Assembly: GCA_051362555.1 (NCBI GenBank)
Contig: CM120648.1
Span: 17,294,587-17,358,586, forward strand
Direction: 5' to 3'
Length of the DNA stretch: 64,000 bases
DNA from: Lingula anatina
Lineage: Eukaryota > Animalia > Brachiopoda
How positions within the stretch are numbered: position 1 is the stretch's first letter; every line of letters starts with the position of its first letter. Below the pieces are notes generated by a model. It saw only the letters and a list, made by a program, of their open reading frames with translations. It did no database searches and had not been told where the DNA came from. The position numbers and the translations under genes are program-made. Of this stretch, positions 28,180 through 39,800 are shown piece by piece.

Positions 28180-28232
28180 ACTGCCACGTGCGGGAGATGG
28201 GCAGGAAACTGCCACGTGCGGGAGATGGGCAG
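28180..28232. repeat. Exact 25-bp tandem duplication (28-bp period) upstream of the recombinase ATG
   Basis: ACTGCCACGTGCGGGAGATGGGCAG at 28180-28204 and 28208-28232; each copy contains a CACGTG E-box. Confidence 0.9.
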
Positions 28233-28815
28233 CCAACTTCTCACAGAAAACCACTGACCCATATCTCTGCCAAAGCACACGCAACCACAAACCATTCACA
28301 CAAATGAAAATAATTGGACGGTGACCACAATTAGACAGAAACTATCGGCGTAAGCGCGGGAAAAGTCCATTCTTTGATATCACCCCATGCGCGGTGATAT
28401 CAGCGTGTTCTATTCAAAGTTAGGGGGTTTGGGTGAGGAACATGCACGATTTCCCTTAGTATGTATGACAAATAATGCACTGTTACCCCCTCGCCCGATA
28501 TCCACGATAGCATGCCTCGCTGACGCTCGGCTTGCTATCGTGGATATCGGGCTCGTGGACAGTGCATTATTTACTACATAGTACCCCAGGCATTTGAAAT
28601 GGCAAAGACTACTCAAAACTAAAACCGACAAGGTGTGAACCACTTCGAACTCTATGACGTCACAGGTGAGGTCGAACGTAATCTCAGTGTAAAACAAAAT
28701 GAAAATAAAAAAAATCTTAAGTTATCTTAATAGGAACGCTTCGGGTAGGTATATCAATAAAAGCGACTGAACTGGAATTGATTCAGTGGCTTTCCAGCCA
28801 TAACATCACGTCATA

Positions 28816-29052
28816 CAGTGGCGGGTTTAGATTTGTGGAAAAAACCACACTATTATATATTCCTCTCTAGAGATAAGAAGTTTGACTAGCTGAATCATAG
28901 TTCTAAACCGTACCAAAAGGCACCATTTGCTCTCCAAAACACCAAAAAAATTCAGGGCCCTTCGGCGGGCCCCGAACCCGACGCTAATAGTGGCCAGGTC
29001 TGTCATTAAAAAAAAACGACCACCCCTTCAAATAATCCTGGATCCAGCCCTG
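28816..29052 (+). mobile_element. Family B MITE (CAGTGGCGG...GATCCAGCCCTG ends)
   Basis: Imperfect TIRs. Internal homology to 23277-23560 and 59372-59430. Confidence 0.65.
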
Positions 29053-29950
29053 AAAAATCACTTTGTCGAAAAATAATAGATTTGTTTTAGAAATGCCTTT
29101 TGGCTCTTGAAACAGGGTGAAGGAACACACAGATGTAATGTAAGATGATGTCAAGAAAGCGTTCCTTTATTGATGAAATAAGGCCACGTACATGTCTTGT
29201 ACTCCTGTAAAAAGCAGCCTTGATAGTTTTTTTTATTTGATTTATGTCGGTGATTTTCATCAACTTGGGTTTATTATTATTATTATTATTACAGACTTGA
29301 CATTTAATATGGAATATTTAAGTTTCTAAGGTAAACCTTGATAAAAATGCGTTCTTTTTTTAAAAAACTCAGACCTCATATCAGATATCTGACTAGAGAA
29401 GCATTTAGTCAGGTGTGTCGCTAACAATTTACTGACTACTATGTCTGTTGTACTGTTGCATTGTGTAGTATGCAGTAATTTAATTGGGTAGTGCTCCTTT
29501 GGAAAGGCCAAAGCTTGGCTTTGGCGAAGCATGGTTCTGTCAAAGAAGTATCCATATTTCGGCAACTACTGCATCTAAGAATTTGAATTTTTGCATGCAA
29601 GCGGTCGGTTTTGCAGTGTGTAAAATGAGTTAAGCAATGTTCTACAAAATTGTTAATTTATGCCAGAATGGAGCGAAATAGACAGACATTGCCAGACAGA
29701 TTACTGTGTCACACAGAATGGTCCGTACATTTTAATAGAGTTATGCCAAATCTGATGTACCTACACAGAGGCCACGCCCATTGTATCAAAATCTTACCAC
29801 CAGGGTACAGGACTCACTGTCCTTCCAGATATGCTGCTGCAACTAAACAAAATCCACCCAGTCCGTTCAGAATGAGGGGCAAATTGTCACCAAAACGCGT
29901 TTCTCAAGACTCTTAGAGAACACCAACCTGGTTTCAGCAGGTTAGGATAC

Positions 29951-29999
29951 CAGACGACCTCTGAGGAAGCCACTGTAAACAGCAAAACAGCGTCGTCTG
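29951..29999 (+). other. Degenerate Penelope-type minimal hammerhead-ribozyme-like motif
   Basis: CAGACGAC...GTCGTCTG flanking stem, CTGAGGA box, then AAAACAGCGTC where GAAACAGCTGTC would be expected. Confidence 0.35.
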
Positions 30000-30947
30000 A
30001 TTCTCTAGTGAATTGGAGCCATGGCCGTTTCTGGGTAGAACACTGAAACTGCGAGGCTTTCTTCATTGCGGTCAGATTTCACCTGTGCCGCTCAACTAGT
30101 CAAAACAGAGTTTACATACATCCTGAAGAAGCCTTCGACGGAGTGTGTGCTGCTTCTAAAGTGACTAGGGTCATTGACAGCGTTAGTATTTGGAGTGGAT
30201 AGCACATTGGTCCCAAAACACCAATGGTAGTGCTCGGTGAAAACCTGAACCAGATCAAATAAAGGAATAATCTGGAAATTAATGTGTTTTCATTTGATAG
30301 GGGGCACCTTAGGAACAATTTTAGGTTGCACGATGAGATTGCTGGTTCACACAGAGCACTTTAAATAGCAGGTAACTTACAGAACCAAGGGAATGAGCAG
30401 TTACCTTGGTCATCAAAATCGCCATTTTTAATCACATAGACAATATGTGGGTAGGTCATTACTCGCCGAATCAACGGCCTGTATGCCCTACAACAAAACG
30501 GAACCAAATTGAACAAGTTCTGACCGTTGCCTGGAATTTTATTTCAGACTAAACTCTAAAAACCTATCCCAAGGAATGCCTTGCCGCTTGAAAGCTCTGG
30601 TAGCGGCCAGATGAAGTCAGGTATAACAGCAACTGTTGCTGTGACTAGACACTGACATGAGGGTCCTTTGTGGGGCGTGTAACTCTTTTAAAGACAATGA
30701 TTTGGAAAATATGGAGATCCAAAATATCGCTTTCAATAGTTGTCGTATGACTTAGAATAGGCAATGTATTTTTGTTTGCTTCACTGGCGAATTCAATTAA
30801 TGAACTGACATCACAATGACATCAAAGAGATTATTAAAAGTTATTAAAACACGATTTCAATCCTTATTTTCATTTATCAGTCAGCAAAACAGGAAAAAAG
30901 TAATGAATTATGCTTTGGAAAAAATATTCCATATTAAATGTCAAGTC

Positions 30948-30998
<51 letters not shown>

Positions 30999-32280
30999 GA
31001 CGACGTTAACTGACATGCAAGTCTGAAGGAAAATATGAAAATCTTCTCGTTAGTATCAAGAAACCCGCCCTACCCTTCGTAACCCCCACACATTCAACAC
31101 ATCGCGCTCAACATCGAAAATCGTTTACTATTGTTTTCATTCTTTTCAAGACTCCACCGCCATATTGATTGGTTTAAATTATTCATGTTTGTGCTCATAC
31201 ATTCGGATAATCGATTCTGCCGTTCGACACAATTATTTCTTCTGAGATGCAATAACTTCTCTATAACTCAACACCTCATAACTGGAATAATTATCATCTC
31301 GAATAAATGTTATGGAGCGATCTTTTGTGTTTTTCTTGAAATTAAAATGATTACTGCTTGGACCGAATGTTCACGGAACTCTAGTAGATATTCGGAACCC
31401 ATATTGCCCGAGTTCTGCATGCTGTACAATGTTTTCAAAGATCGTACGTCAGACACCGACATGTACTTTTAACCACACTGTCCTTGGAACAGCGGCTGCA
31501 CTATAAATATGTAAATAAATAAATAAATAACGTAACTTAAAAAGACGTGGAGCTTTAATCTTGTGAACGAAATACTAACAACTGTGTTCAACCACACCCA
31601 CAGAGAATGTATGAATGTGAGGTTAACAAATTCTTTTTTTCTTTTAAAATGTGAAGTAACCGCACCAACACTGGAACAAAAACCTCACGCCATTTTCATC
31701 TGTGTGCACAAGCCCTCAACGTAAATGTTCATTTATTTAACAAGATAACGTTTATTGTTATAGCTTGTTCATGTACAAAGCTCAAATATTTGTGTGTATC
31801 CAAGGTACAATATGCTAACTGCGCTGGATTTATGTATAAGCAAATTAAACACGGTCTTAGGGCAGCGTGACAAAGCAAGTCCAATGTCAGGGTGTAAAAG
31901 AAATTATATAAAAAAGGAAACAAGGTTTAGGAAAAATATATCTTGGGACAACAGAGAAAAAGGATAAAAACCCGGAACGAGAATGAGAAGCATGTTTGTA
32001 TGTTGAAATCACGTTTTCCGCAAGTACCCTGTTCCGGTATGGGGGGGGGGGGGGGTACAGAGGAGCTGGGAGTGCTTAGGGCACTATGAGATTTGAATCC
32101 CGTCCTGGGTGTATGGTATAAGTTCCCTTCCTTTTATAGTCTGATATTTAAAAGATATTGTTCCCAACACACAGTTATACAACAATGGTACATTTCCTCA
32201 AAATTGCTGAGTTGTAATAATGTTCACCGAAACAATTGTCAAAAATGGTGACGAAAAAAGAAATAATAATAATAATAAAC

Positions 32281-33922
32281 TCAGGGGTTCATTTTATCAG
32301 TTATATTCCTTCTATTTTGCCATCTTTCCGCCTCCTTTCTTTCTTGACGCTTTTTCTTAATCGCTTCCAGTTTCGCTTTCAGTTTGTCTTGTTTGGGATC
32401 GTGTACTGTAGCCTGACTCTGCAGGGGGTGCTCTGCTGGGGGCGGCTTGTTGTCAAACGCTTTCTTTATCTTTATCTCGATATCTTCGGGTATAACCGTG
32501 TCTGCTACCTTGCGTCTGTAATTCTTGGTAAGAGCCAGCGGTAGAGGATGTTCTTCGAGTATGGACGCCAGGGCTGGGTCTGGCTTTCTTCTGTTATCTT
32601 GTGGTCTCGCGCCCGCACGAGATCTGGCGCTCATTCGAGAATTCCGTCCCGCTGCAGACGGCGGACGCAGACCAAGCTTCACTTCCTTGTCGCGTCTCTT
32701 GGACGCCGACCTGAAGGCGGACCTCATATTGAACGCGTCTTGGTCAATGGCGCTCTCCGGTCGGATCGGTTTCGGTTTCGGTTTCGGTTTGGGCATGATT
32801 GGCTCCTTTAACTTGGCTATGCTGACTGGGGTATCTTTCTGCGATGGATGTGACCAGGAGTTTGACCGAGGACGGCTTTCCATCTCATCATATGGTTTAC
32901 TAAATGCACTGAAATATTTCTTAAGACATCCCTCCACGTGCGCCTGGTCCACACGCTTGCGTTTATTTTGTTTCAGTTTTAAGGCAAGTTCGGCCAGTCT
33001 GTTGCGCTCATCTTCTAGCGTCTTTAAGTATTCTGCCTGTTTTTTCTCCCTTTCTTCCTTTTCTTTTAGTTTTCTCTTCTGGAGAAAATTGAGTTTTTTC
33101 TTCTTTTTCTTTTTCGGTGGCGGCAGTCCTGCGTTCTTCCTCTTCCAGGCCTTGATCACAAATCTACAAAGATGACAATAATGCTTCGATGAACTTCAGA
33201 TAATAAGGGTGACATTATTTCATTTTATGATTAAAGTTAATTTGTAGACATGAACACTTCTTCATGACTCATATTGGTTTTAACATTCAACAACACACTT
33301 CCGGTATATATGTAAAAGAGTTATAAAATGGCAAGCTCATTGTATGGTTTGTTTTAAAATTATTAATATACATTGTATCGCAATGTAATGTTATCTACCC
33401 TTTTTAAGAGAAGATTCGATTAAATAGTAACGTTTCCTATACTTCAGAACTCAGTCTAGCCTGACCCCCCTACCCCCACCCCCCACCACCACCACCCCCC
33501 ACCACCACCACCCCGGAACCCTCTCTAACCCATTCCAGGGTTTTATTTCCTTTCACAAAATAACAATATTTCCTTACGTACCGAAGCTCAAACAAAATCA
33601 GGCCAATCACATACACCAGCGCCGCCCCGATGTAGACGAAACAAAACAGCGGGATGATGACGTAGTTAGCCAGGTTGGCCTTCTTGTCTGCCATCATCCA
33701 ATCATAGGCCGGTTGAAACCACGCCATCCAATCAGGGAGGTCCGAGGCCACTGTTGTCGTCACTTCCTGTGTGGTGGTCTGGACTGCTGACGTCATAGTG
33801 GTCAGGGCAGACGCTATCATTGTAGTCACCACTGACGTGGTCAAACCGTCCGTGGTCATTGTGAGATTACTGGACAGGGTTGTGAGGTTGTCGGCCATTG
33901 AGGTGGTGGTAAGGTTCGCCAT
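32281..33922 (-). CDS. Uncharacterized single-pass membrane protein (~407 aa): Thr-rich N-terminus, one TM helix, Lys/Arg-rich cytoplasmic tail
   Basis: Exons 33922-33582 and 33163-32281 joined by a phase-2 GT-AG intron (CG|gtacgt...tttgtag|A), giving ...GLILFELRFVIKAWKRK.... Hydrophobic YVIIPLFCFVYIGAALVYVIGLILF. Upstream acceptor near 33968 and donor AAG|gtgagt at 34805 suggest a 5'UTR exon. Confidence 0.85.
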
Positions 33923-36900
33923 GATTGATGACCACGTGATAGTCACGTGATGGTTATCTGTTAGTGTCTGGAAACATAAATAATAATAATAATAATATTT
34001 ATCTAATCTTTGAAAAGGTAATAGAAGGAGGTCTTTCTGTAGTATACCTAATATTCAGAAACATGTCCAAAAAAGTTTTAACATCTAGTGTACGGTGTAG
34101 TAGTATTTACAGGCCTACCCATGCATTATGCCTGCCTCTGTCCCAATTAGCGGAGTTGACCAAGATTGAGAAAAATGGAGAACACTGCATCACACACGTG
34201 TTAGATTCAACTGCAAAACGGCAACTGTACTCTAGGACGGATTTGTTTATCAGTGTTTTTTTTTCCATATTCACGTGTTTAACGCATAAAAGCCTAGGTC
34301 CCAACGAGTAATTGGTGAAAAGTTTCTACGTGCTGTTTGCGTCCTCCAAAAGTCGCACGATGGACGTGCTCCTCACTCACGAACTCCCACGTTTTCCCCA
34401 ATTTTTTGGCCGTAGACCACACCTAGCAGCCTTTACGTTCGGTTGGGACCTAGGCTTTACCCAATGGTAGATGTTACACCTAGTTATAAGTCTTATCCAC
34501 AGCAACGCAATATCCTTGCGACAATAACCAGCAGCGAGTTTGTTATTTGTTTCTACTCTAGTCAGCGTCTATTCCTTAACTGGCGTCTAATAACTTGTGA
34601 AATAATTAGCAAACAAATCTCCAAGAGCAGCCATAATTCCCTGTCAACACTTTTCCTGTCAACTGCCAGAGAACGTTCCGGTCACTAATTGTTCTGATCC
34701 GCCATCTTTGTGCCTCGGAATCCAACCCCAATCCAGAGTGACCAGAAGACAGAATAAAGCCTTGGATAGAGACTTAATTAACTCTCGTTACTTATAAACA
34801 CTCACCTTAGCTGTGCTGTTTAAGAGATTTATTTCATCTTTCACAACTTTTCCTTAACATACTGTAGTCTTTCCTTTGTCACCACCCAAAACGTCCCTAA
34901 ACTACAGACCAAGTGAACCGATTATTTGCCTTGTCGCCTGACAGCAGAGCTAAGCTGTTTATATCATTGTAGCAACCGACCCCATACAACACAGCAGTGC
35001 TGCGTATCACCTTTTGTTTAGATTCGATAATCGATACAAGAAGCCCTATACGCTAAGCGGCCAACAACAAGCGTAGGATAGTTTACAGTGTGTATGGATA
35101 TACGTTTTGGGGAAGATCAATAAAGTATGCTACTTGTCTATGGAGTGTATGGCATTAAGGTATTGATTCGATAATCGAAAATTATTGATTTGTTATAATT
35201 ATGCACATACAGGCTACATTGGTCTCGTAAATGGCATCTTTTCTATATCTAGAAATAATCAGATTATATTACCATTGTGTTTAGAAGATAGAGTCAACAT
35301 GGTGTCACTGAGGGGAGAGGATCTGATACACATGTAGAATGAATTTCGGAATGTGAAGTGAATTTTTTATTAATATTGAAACATGATAAAAATATTTCCA
35401 TTGCGTGTTGTGAAGAATTTTTAAAAGGAAAAAGTTTTAAAATAATTTTTAAAAGAAAAAAAGCAAAATTTGAAATATTGCACCAAGCACAAATAACGAA
35501 ATTATTTGGAGCTTCACCATCTTAGCGCAAAGGAAATGCAGCAGTTGGCTACTCCCTGTCAGTGATTGTGCTAGATGTGACCACGTTCACTGTCACACCT
35601 ACCGCAATCTCACCCACTGACACCAGCTAAGTCAAGGATTTTCATGTCGATCTCCTTCCTGTGTGTACAGGGAAAAGACCATGATGTCACATCCTTCAAA
35701 CGAGAATTCCTTCTTCTGAAAAATACGTGTTGCTATGGTAATGGAAAACATTGTTTTATTGACAAGTTTTGTAAAATCGAGAAATTTGGGTTACCTTAAA
35801 ATCGACGGATTTTGATGCCGTATCTCCAACCCTCTAAATTATGTACTGGGAACATATCGCAAATAGACCATCGTTTAAGATTTAATGAGGTAGTTTTACA
35901 TTTTTCCAAACTTTTCAGCCTATGAAGATTTTGCGAGAGGGGGATGAAATGACACTGGACAAGGTTGGCAGCTACATGTAGTTTAAAATATGTGTCGCTA
36001 ACCTTAAGTCCATCTGTGGTGTTTAAAGTCTTGGTTTTCCTCGTCATTATCATTTTTTAAAAGTATTCTTTATCACGGGGACTTCGCGGTATGTTCTTTC
36101 TTCTTTCATTAACAATTCTATACCAAAGGCTGAACACTTATATTTTATCGAGGCTTAAATGGACACACGTGCACCAAGCCTCATCGAAACGAAAAATAGA
36201 GCTTTTTCCACAGAAGACGACACGTGAGAACAAAACCTCCCCACGGAGGATTTGGCAAAGGTTGACATCACATGGACCTTAGAATAGAGAAAACTCATGC
36301 GATATCTTACTGTTCACACGGGATACACACGGACCGGTTCTAATCAATACCTAAATCGGTCTCTATCGGTCTAGGTCTAGTGTGAACGCTGACATACCCC
36401 ACTGTGCTCTGGGGAGGTGCTTGGGTCAGGCATCGGTCAGCTCGACTCGTGAGCGCTCGCTTGATTAGCGCTCGGCGGGGCGCGTGCTTGCGCGTGTTAC
36501 ATGGCCTGTTTATTATGCAATTATAAAGGCTAACGTCCAGATGTGCATTCCAATGTATTTGTATAGCTATGGGGAGTTGGAGCAGGTCTTAGCTTCTTCT
36601 GGGAAGTTTTATTTTGAATTGTAACAAGAGATGTTAGGAAGTTATTTGGAATGTTGTGAGTGATATGATAACGGGGTGGATGACGTCATAATCCCCAAAC
36701 CAAAAACTTTCAACAACTTCCACAATTTCTTTTTTGCATTTTTTTTTTAATTTCTAAACGGACAACGTCTGTGTTTAGTTTGTGGTAGCTAGGGACCATT
36801 TCTCACCTACGTCCTATCACCTGGTGAAAATGGGAAAATTATTGAACCCTTGTCTGTGTGTGTGGGGGGGGGGGGGGGGGGGAGGGGGGGGAGCGGATCA

Positions 36901-39649
36901 CCATGGCACAGATTTCTGATCGAATCTACCTCAAACCCCCTGAGGTTTACAGCCAGTGGTATACACACAGCCCTATAACCACTACATATGCTTGGAAAAG
37001 TTGACAGAGTCAAGAGGGTCGCTGTCATCCCCAGGGGGTGATAACATCTACACCCAGATAAAACCAGGGCCCAAAATCATGCCAGAAAAACTAGTACTGG
37101 CATTTATTGTACATCGCACTGAGACATGGAGTGAGGTATGTTAGAATCAGACTATGTCTTTTTTATTTTGCTATCATTACTCTAGATACTGAGCTCTTCA
37201 ATCGGTTTGTACATCGATTTGACATTTTGAAGCCTGAATCGGTTTGGATAAGTTTCAAATCATAGCACAGTTTTGAAGTTATGCAAGACATCGACACTTA
37301 GACAGTATGTCAGGGGTTAAAACATATGTGGAACATTTGTCAATATTTATAGAAAATAAATTATCTGAAACTTGCCAGCCAGGAGTGCGTCTACTGACCG
37401 ATTTATTTTACAAATTGAAGACGACTGAAAACAAAAACAAATATACCAAAAAAGATGAGGACCAGTCAGACTTCATCAGGGTATTGAGGTCTGATGAACA
37501 AATGTAGGTATTACCACCTATCGAACCACAGGTGTGTCGGTTCAGTCAGGTGCCCCCCCCCCCCCACCCCCCACCCCCCACCCCCTAAGGAATGGAAGAT
37601 ATTTTCTATTGCTATTGACAAATGGAAGTATTTTTGTAAAATAAAAACACAGAACTAAGGAAACTACTCACCATTATCCAGTTGGCGAAATGCCAATACA
37701 ATGACCGCTGTCCCAGTGAGATAACATGATGTATATAGAAACTTATGATGTAAACAAATATTTTGTAACGCTTCACAGTAGGCCTCAGAGATGCCGCCAT
37801 TTGTAAATATGCCAAGGATAATAAACACTTGACTCTTGACTGTTATGTAAGTATCTCAAGTGCATTTATTCCAATAGCCATAAAATGCCATAACTTGTCT
37901 TGTGAGTTGTTTGTAAACAAACGAATGCACACAGTTACTTCTGCCTGAGTTCTAGTGACAAATTACACAAAACAAGTTGATAGATCCGTATATCATTTAT
38001 TAACAAATAAATGTAATGGAAATTGAAGCGACGCAGTTTAACAAACTGCGAGAAAAAACGATAATGACGTTGTTTTTGTTTGTATAGAAGGTTCTATTTA
38101 TTTGAGACCGTCATTGGTGACGCTCGACTGTAACAAACCGCAAATGTCGTGCGAAACAGAAATGCATGGAAAAACAAAAACGTCGTGGATTGATTCATTG
38201 GTTCATTTATTTATTCATTTCTTTTCATTGTCCTTGGTTCGTGTTGGTTCGTATATCTAGATGTAGATAATTAGTGAAGGGGCAATTGTAGGGCAGATTA
38301 TGTCATAGGTTAATTTTGTCAACGTCACTAAATGCCCGGACGTGAGTTTGTTAGGAAAAGCTCTGATGAATAAAACAAATGAATGAATGAGTAAATTGCC
38401 CAGTTAGTTAATGATTGTTAAACCAACAGCTTGATAAACCGGTAAATAGATGCTACTCGTTTAATAACGCAGATAAATTACTCCATTTATTAATATTCTG
38501 CAAGGGCGTGAGTAAATCCATTAAGTAAACTGCGGACTCATATTCCCGCCGTTATAATCGCTTCCTCGCCTGACTTCTGTTAATGTCTCCTGGGATTAAA
38601 CATTTCCCACGAACGCATTATTGCATATGTTTGGGTGTCTGAACTCATCTTCGATAGCTGGTGATTAATATGCTTTCTGGGCTGGCACTGTGCCAGCAGG
38701 CGGCGATTAAGAGAGGATTAAGAGAGAGGATTAACCGTGATAAATGTATGAAGTTATAACTTTGGCAGCCTTCCATGTTTTGGTCTCGAATCCCAAGGAA
38801 TGATAAATCCCTGATGAATAAATATTTCTTTCCCGCGGTGGTAAAAAGGTGAGTGGATGAAAAAGGTTAGGAATAAATACATAAAGGTAAATGGATGCTG
38901 AGAGTCACGTTTTCAGTAATAATTGAGCATAACAACATTTTTCATTCCATTCACTCTTTTATTAACGCACACGCTTGTCCAGTTACGTGTAAATTTGACC
39001 TTGTCTGTGAACTGTTCAAGATTCAATAAATCCATTCTAAATAAAATCGTCAGTAAAGTGGCAAGGAATGGAGAAGGACGTCAGCAATATAATGATGGCA
39101 TATTACGTACTGTTACGTACTACTCACTCCCGCGGGAACACAGTAACCTTCAAAGAACGTAATCCTATGACGTCACCCATGATCATGACGTCATTGAGAG
39201 TTTCTTCCTGGAATTCCATTCGATTCCACTATTGATCCAGACACTATACTCGGCATTCTGAACCAGACTATTCTTGGTAATTGCATTAACAAACTTGGCA
39301 GCTTGCCAGCGCTATTTCTGGCTTTACACGTGACGAGAGGCTGAGTCGAATGTTTACAAACATCAGAGAACTGCGCCAGACAAGGTCAGCTGAGGACGTT
39401 TTCTTATTTGACCTCTTTGATAATGTTTTTGAACTCTTCTCAACAGCTTGTATTTGCTGCTTGCACTACATGGTGAAGAATCTTAAAATAATTAGTTCTA
39501 TTTTTATATTTATTCAATTTCTCCATATCATTATGCGCTGACTTAATTAATGGTTTTGGTACGGACTGGAAAAGCACATTATAAGAGTACGGTATGAGTT
39601 AAATTGGCCACTGTCAATAGTGAATTATAGCTGGAGAAACAAAAACTCT

Positions 39650-39800
39650 CCGGGGGCGTTTGGAAGACGGTCGGAATTTTTAAGTTTACATTGATAGGCA
39701 TCTAATTTTTTCCTGTCGGAAGACGTTAAAAATGGAAAAATGGAGGATGGATTAACAAAGATAATTTGCAAGACAGTCAGAAAATATATCTGGAGCCACT
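39650..39800 (+). mobile_element. Degenerate copy of the 56542 MITE (family C)
   Basis: GAAGACGGTC...AAGTTTACATTGA...TCTAATTTTTTC...CTGTCGGAAGACG...AACAAAGATAATTTG is shared with 56575-56695. Confidence 0.8.

Larger units (their letters stand above)
25836..28580 (-). mobile_element. Crypton-type tyrosine-recombinase DNA transposon, apparently full length (~2.75 kb)
   Basis: Single recombinase gene, no RT or helicase. TACATA at both ends (25836-25841, 28575-28580). Subterminal inverted repeat CCACGGGGCTGATATC (25842-25857) vs GATATCGGGCTCGTGG (28543-28558), 13/16. Long hairpins near both ends. Confidence 0.85.

Noticed and set aside
32525-33175. 216-aa plus-strand ORF
   Set aside because: Antisense shadow of the minus-strand exon; its Phe/Ser-rich composition mirrors Lys/Glu codons.
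36445-36500. GC-rich GAGCGCT...AGCGCTC hairpin as a Crypton-end derivative
   Set aside because: Short stem, loop unlike TCGCTNNCGCTC, and no GATATC boxes.
37465-37545. Second hammerhead-like motif (CTGATGAA on both strands)
   Set aside because: No properly placed GAAA or closing stems.
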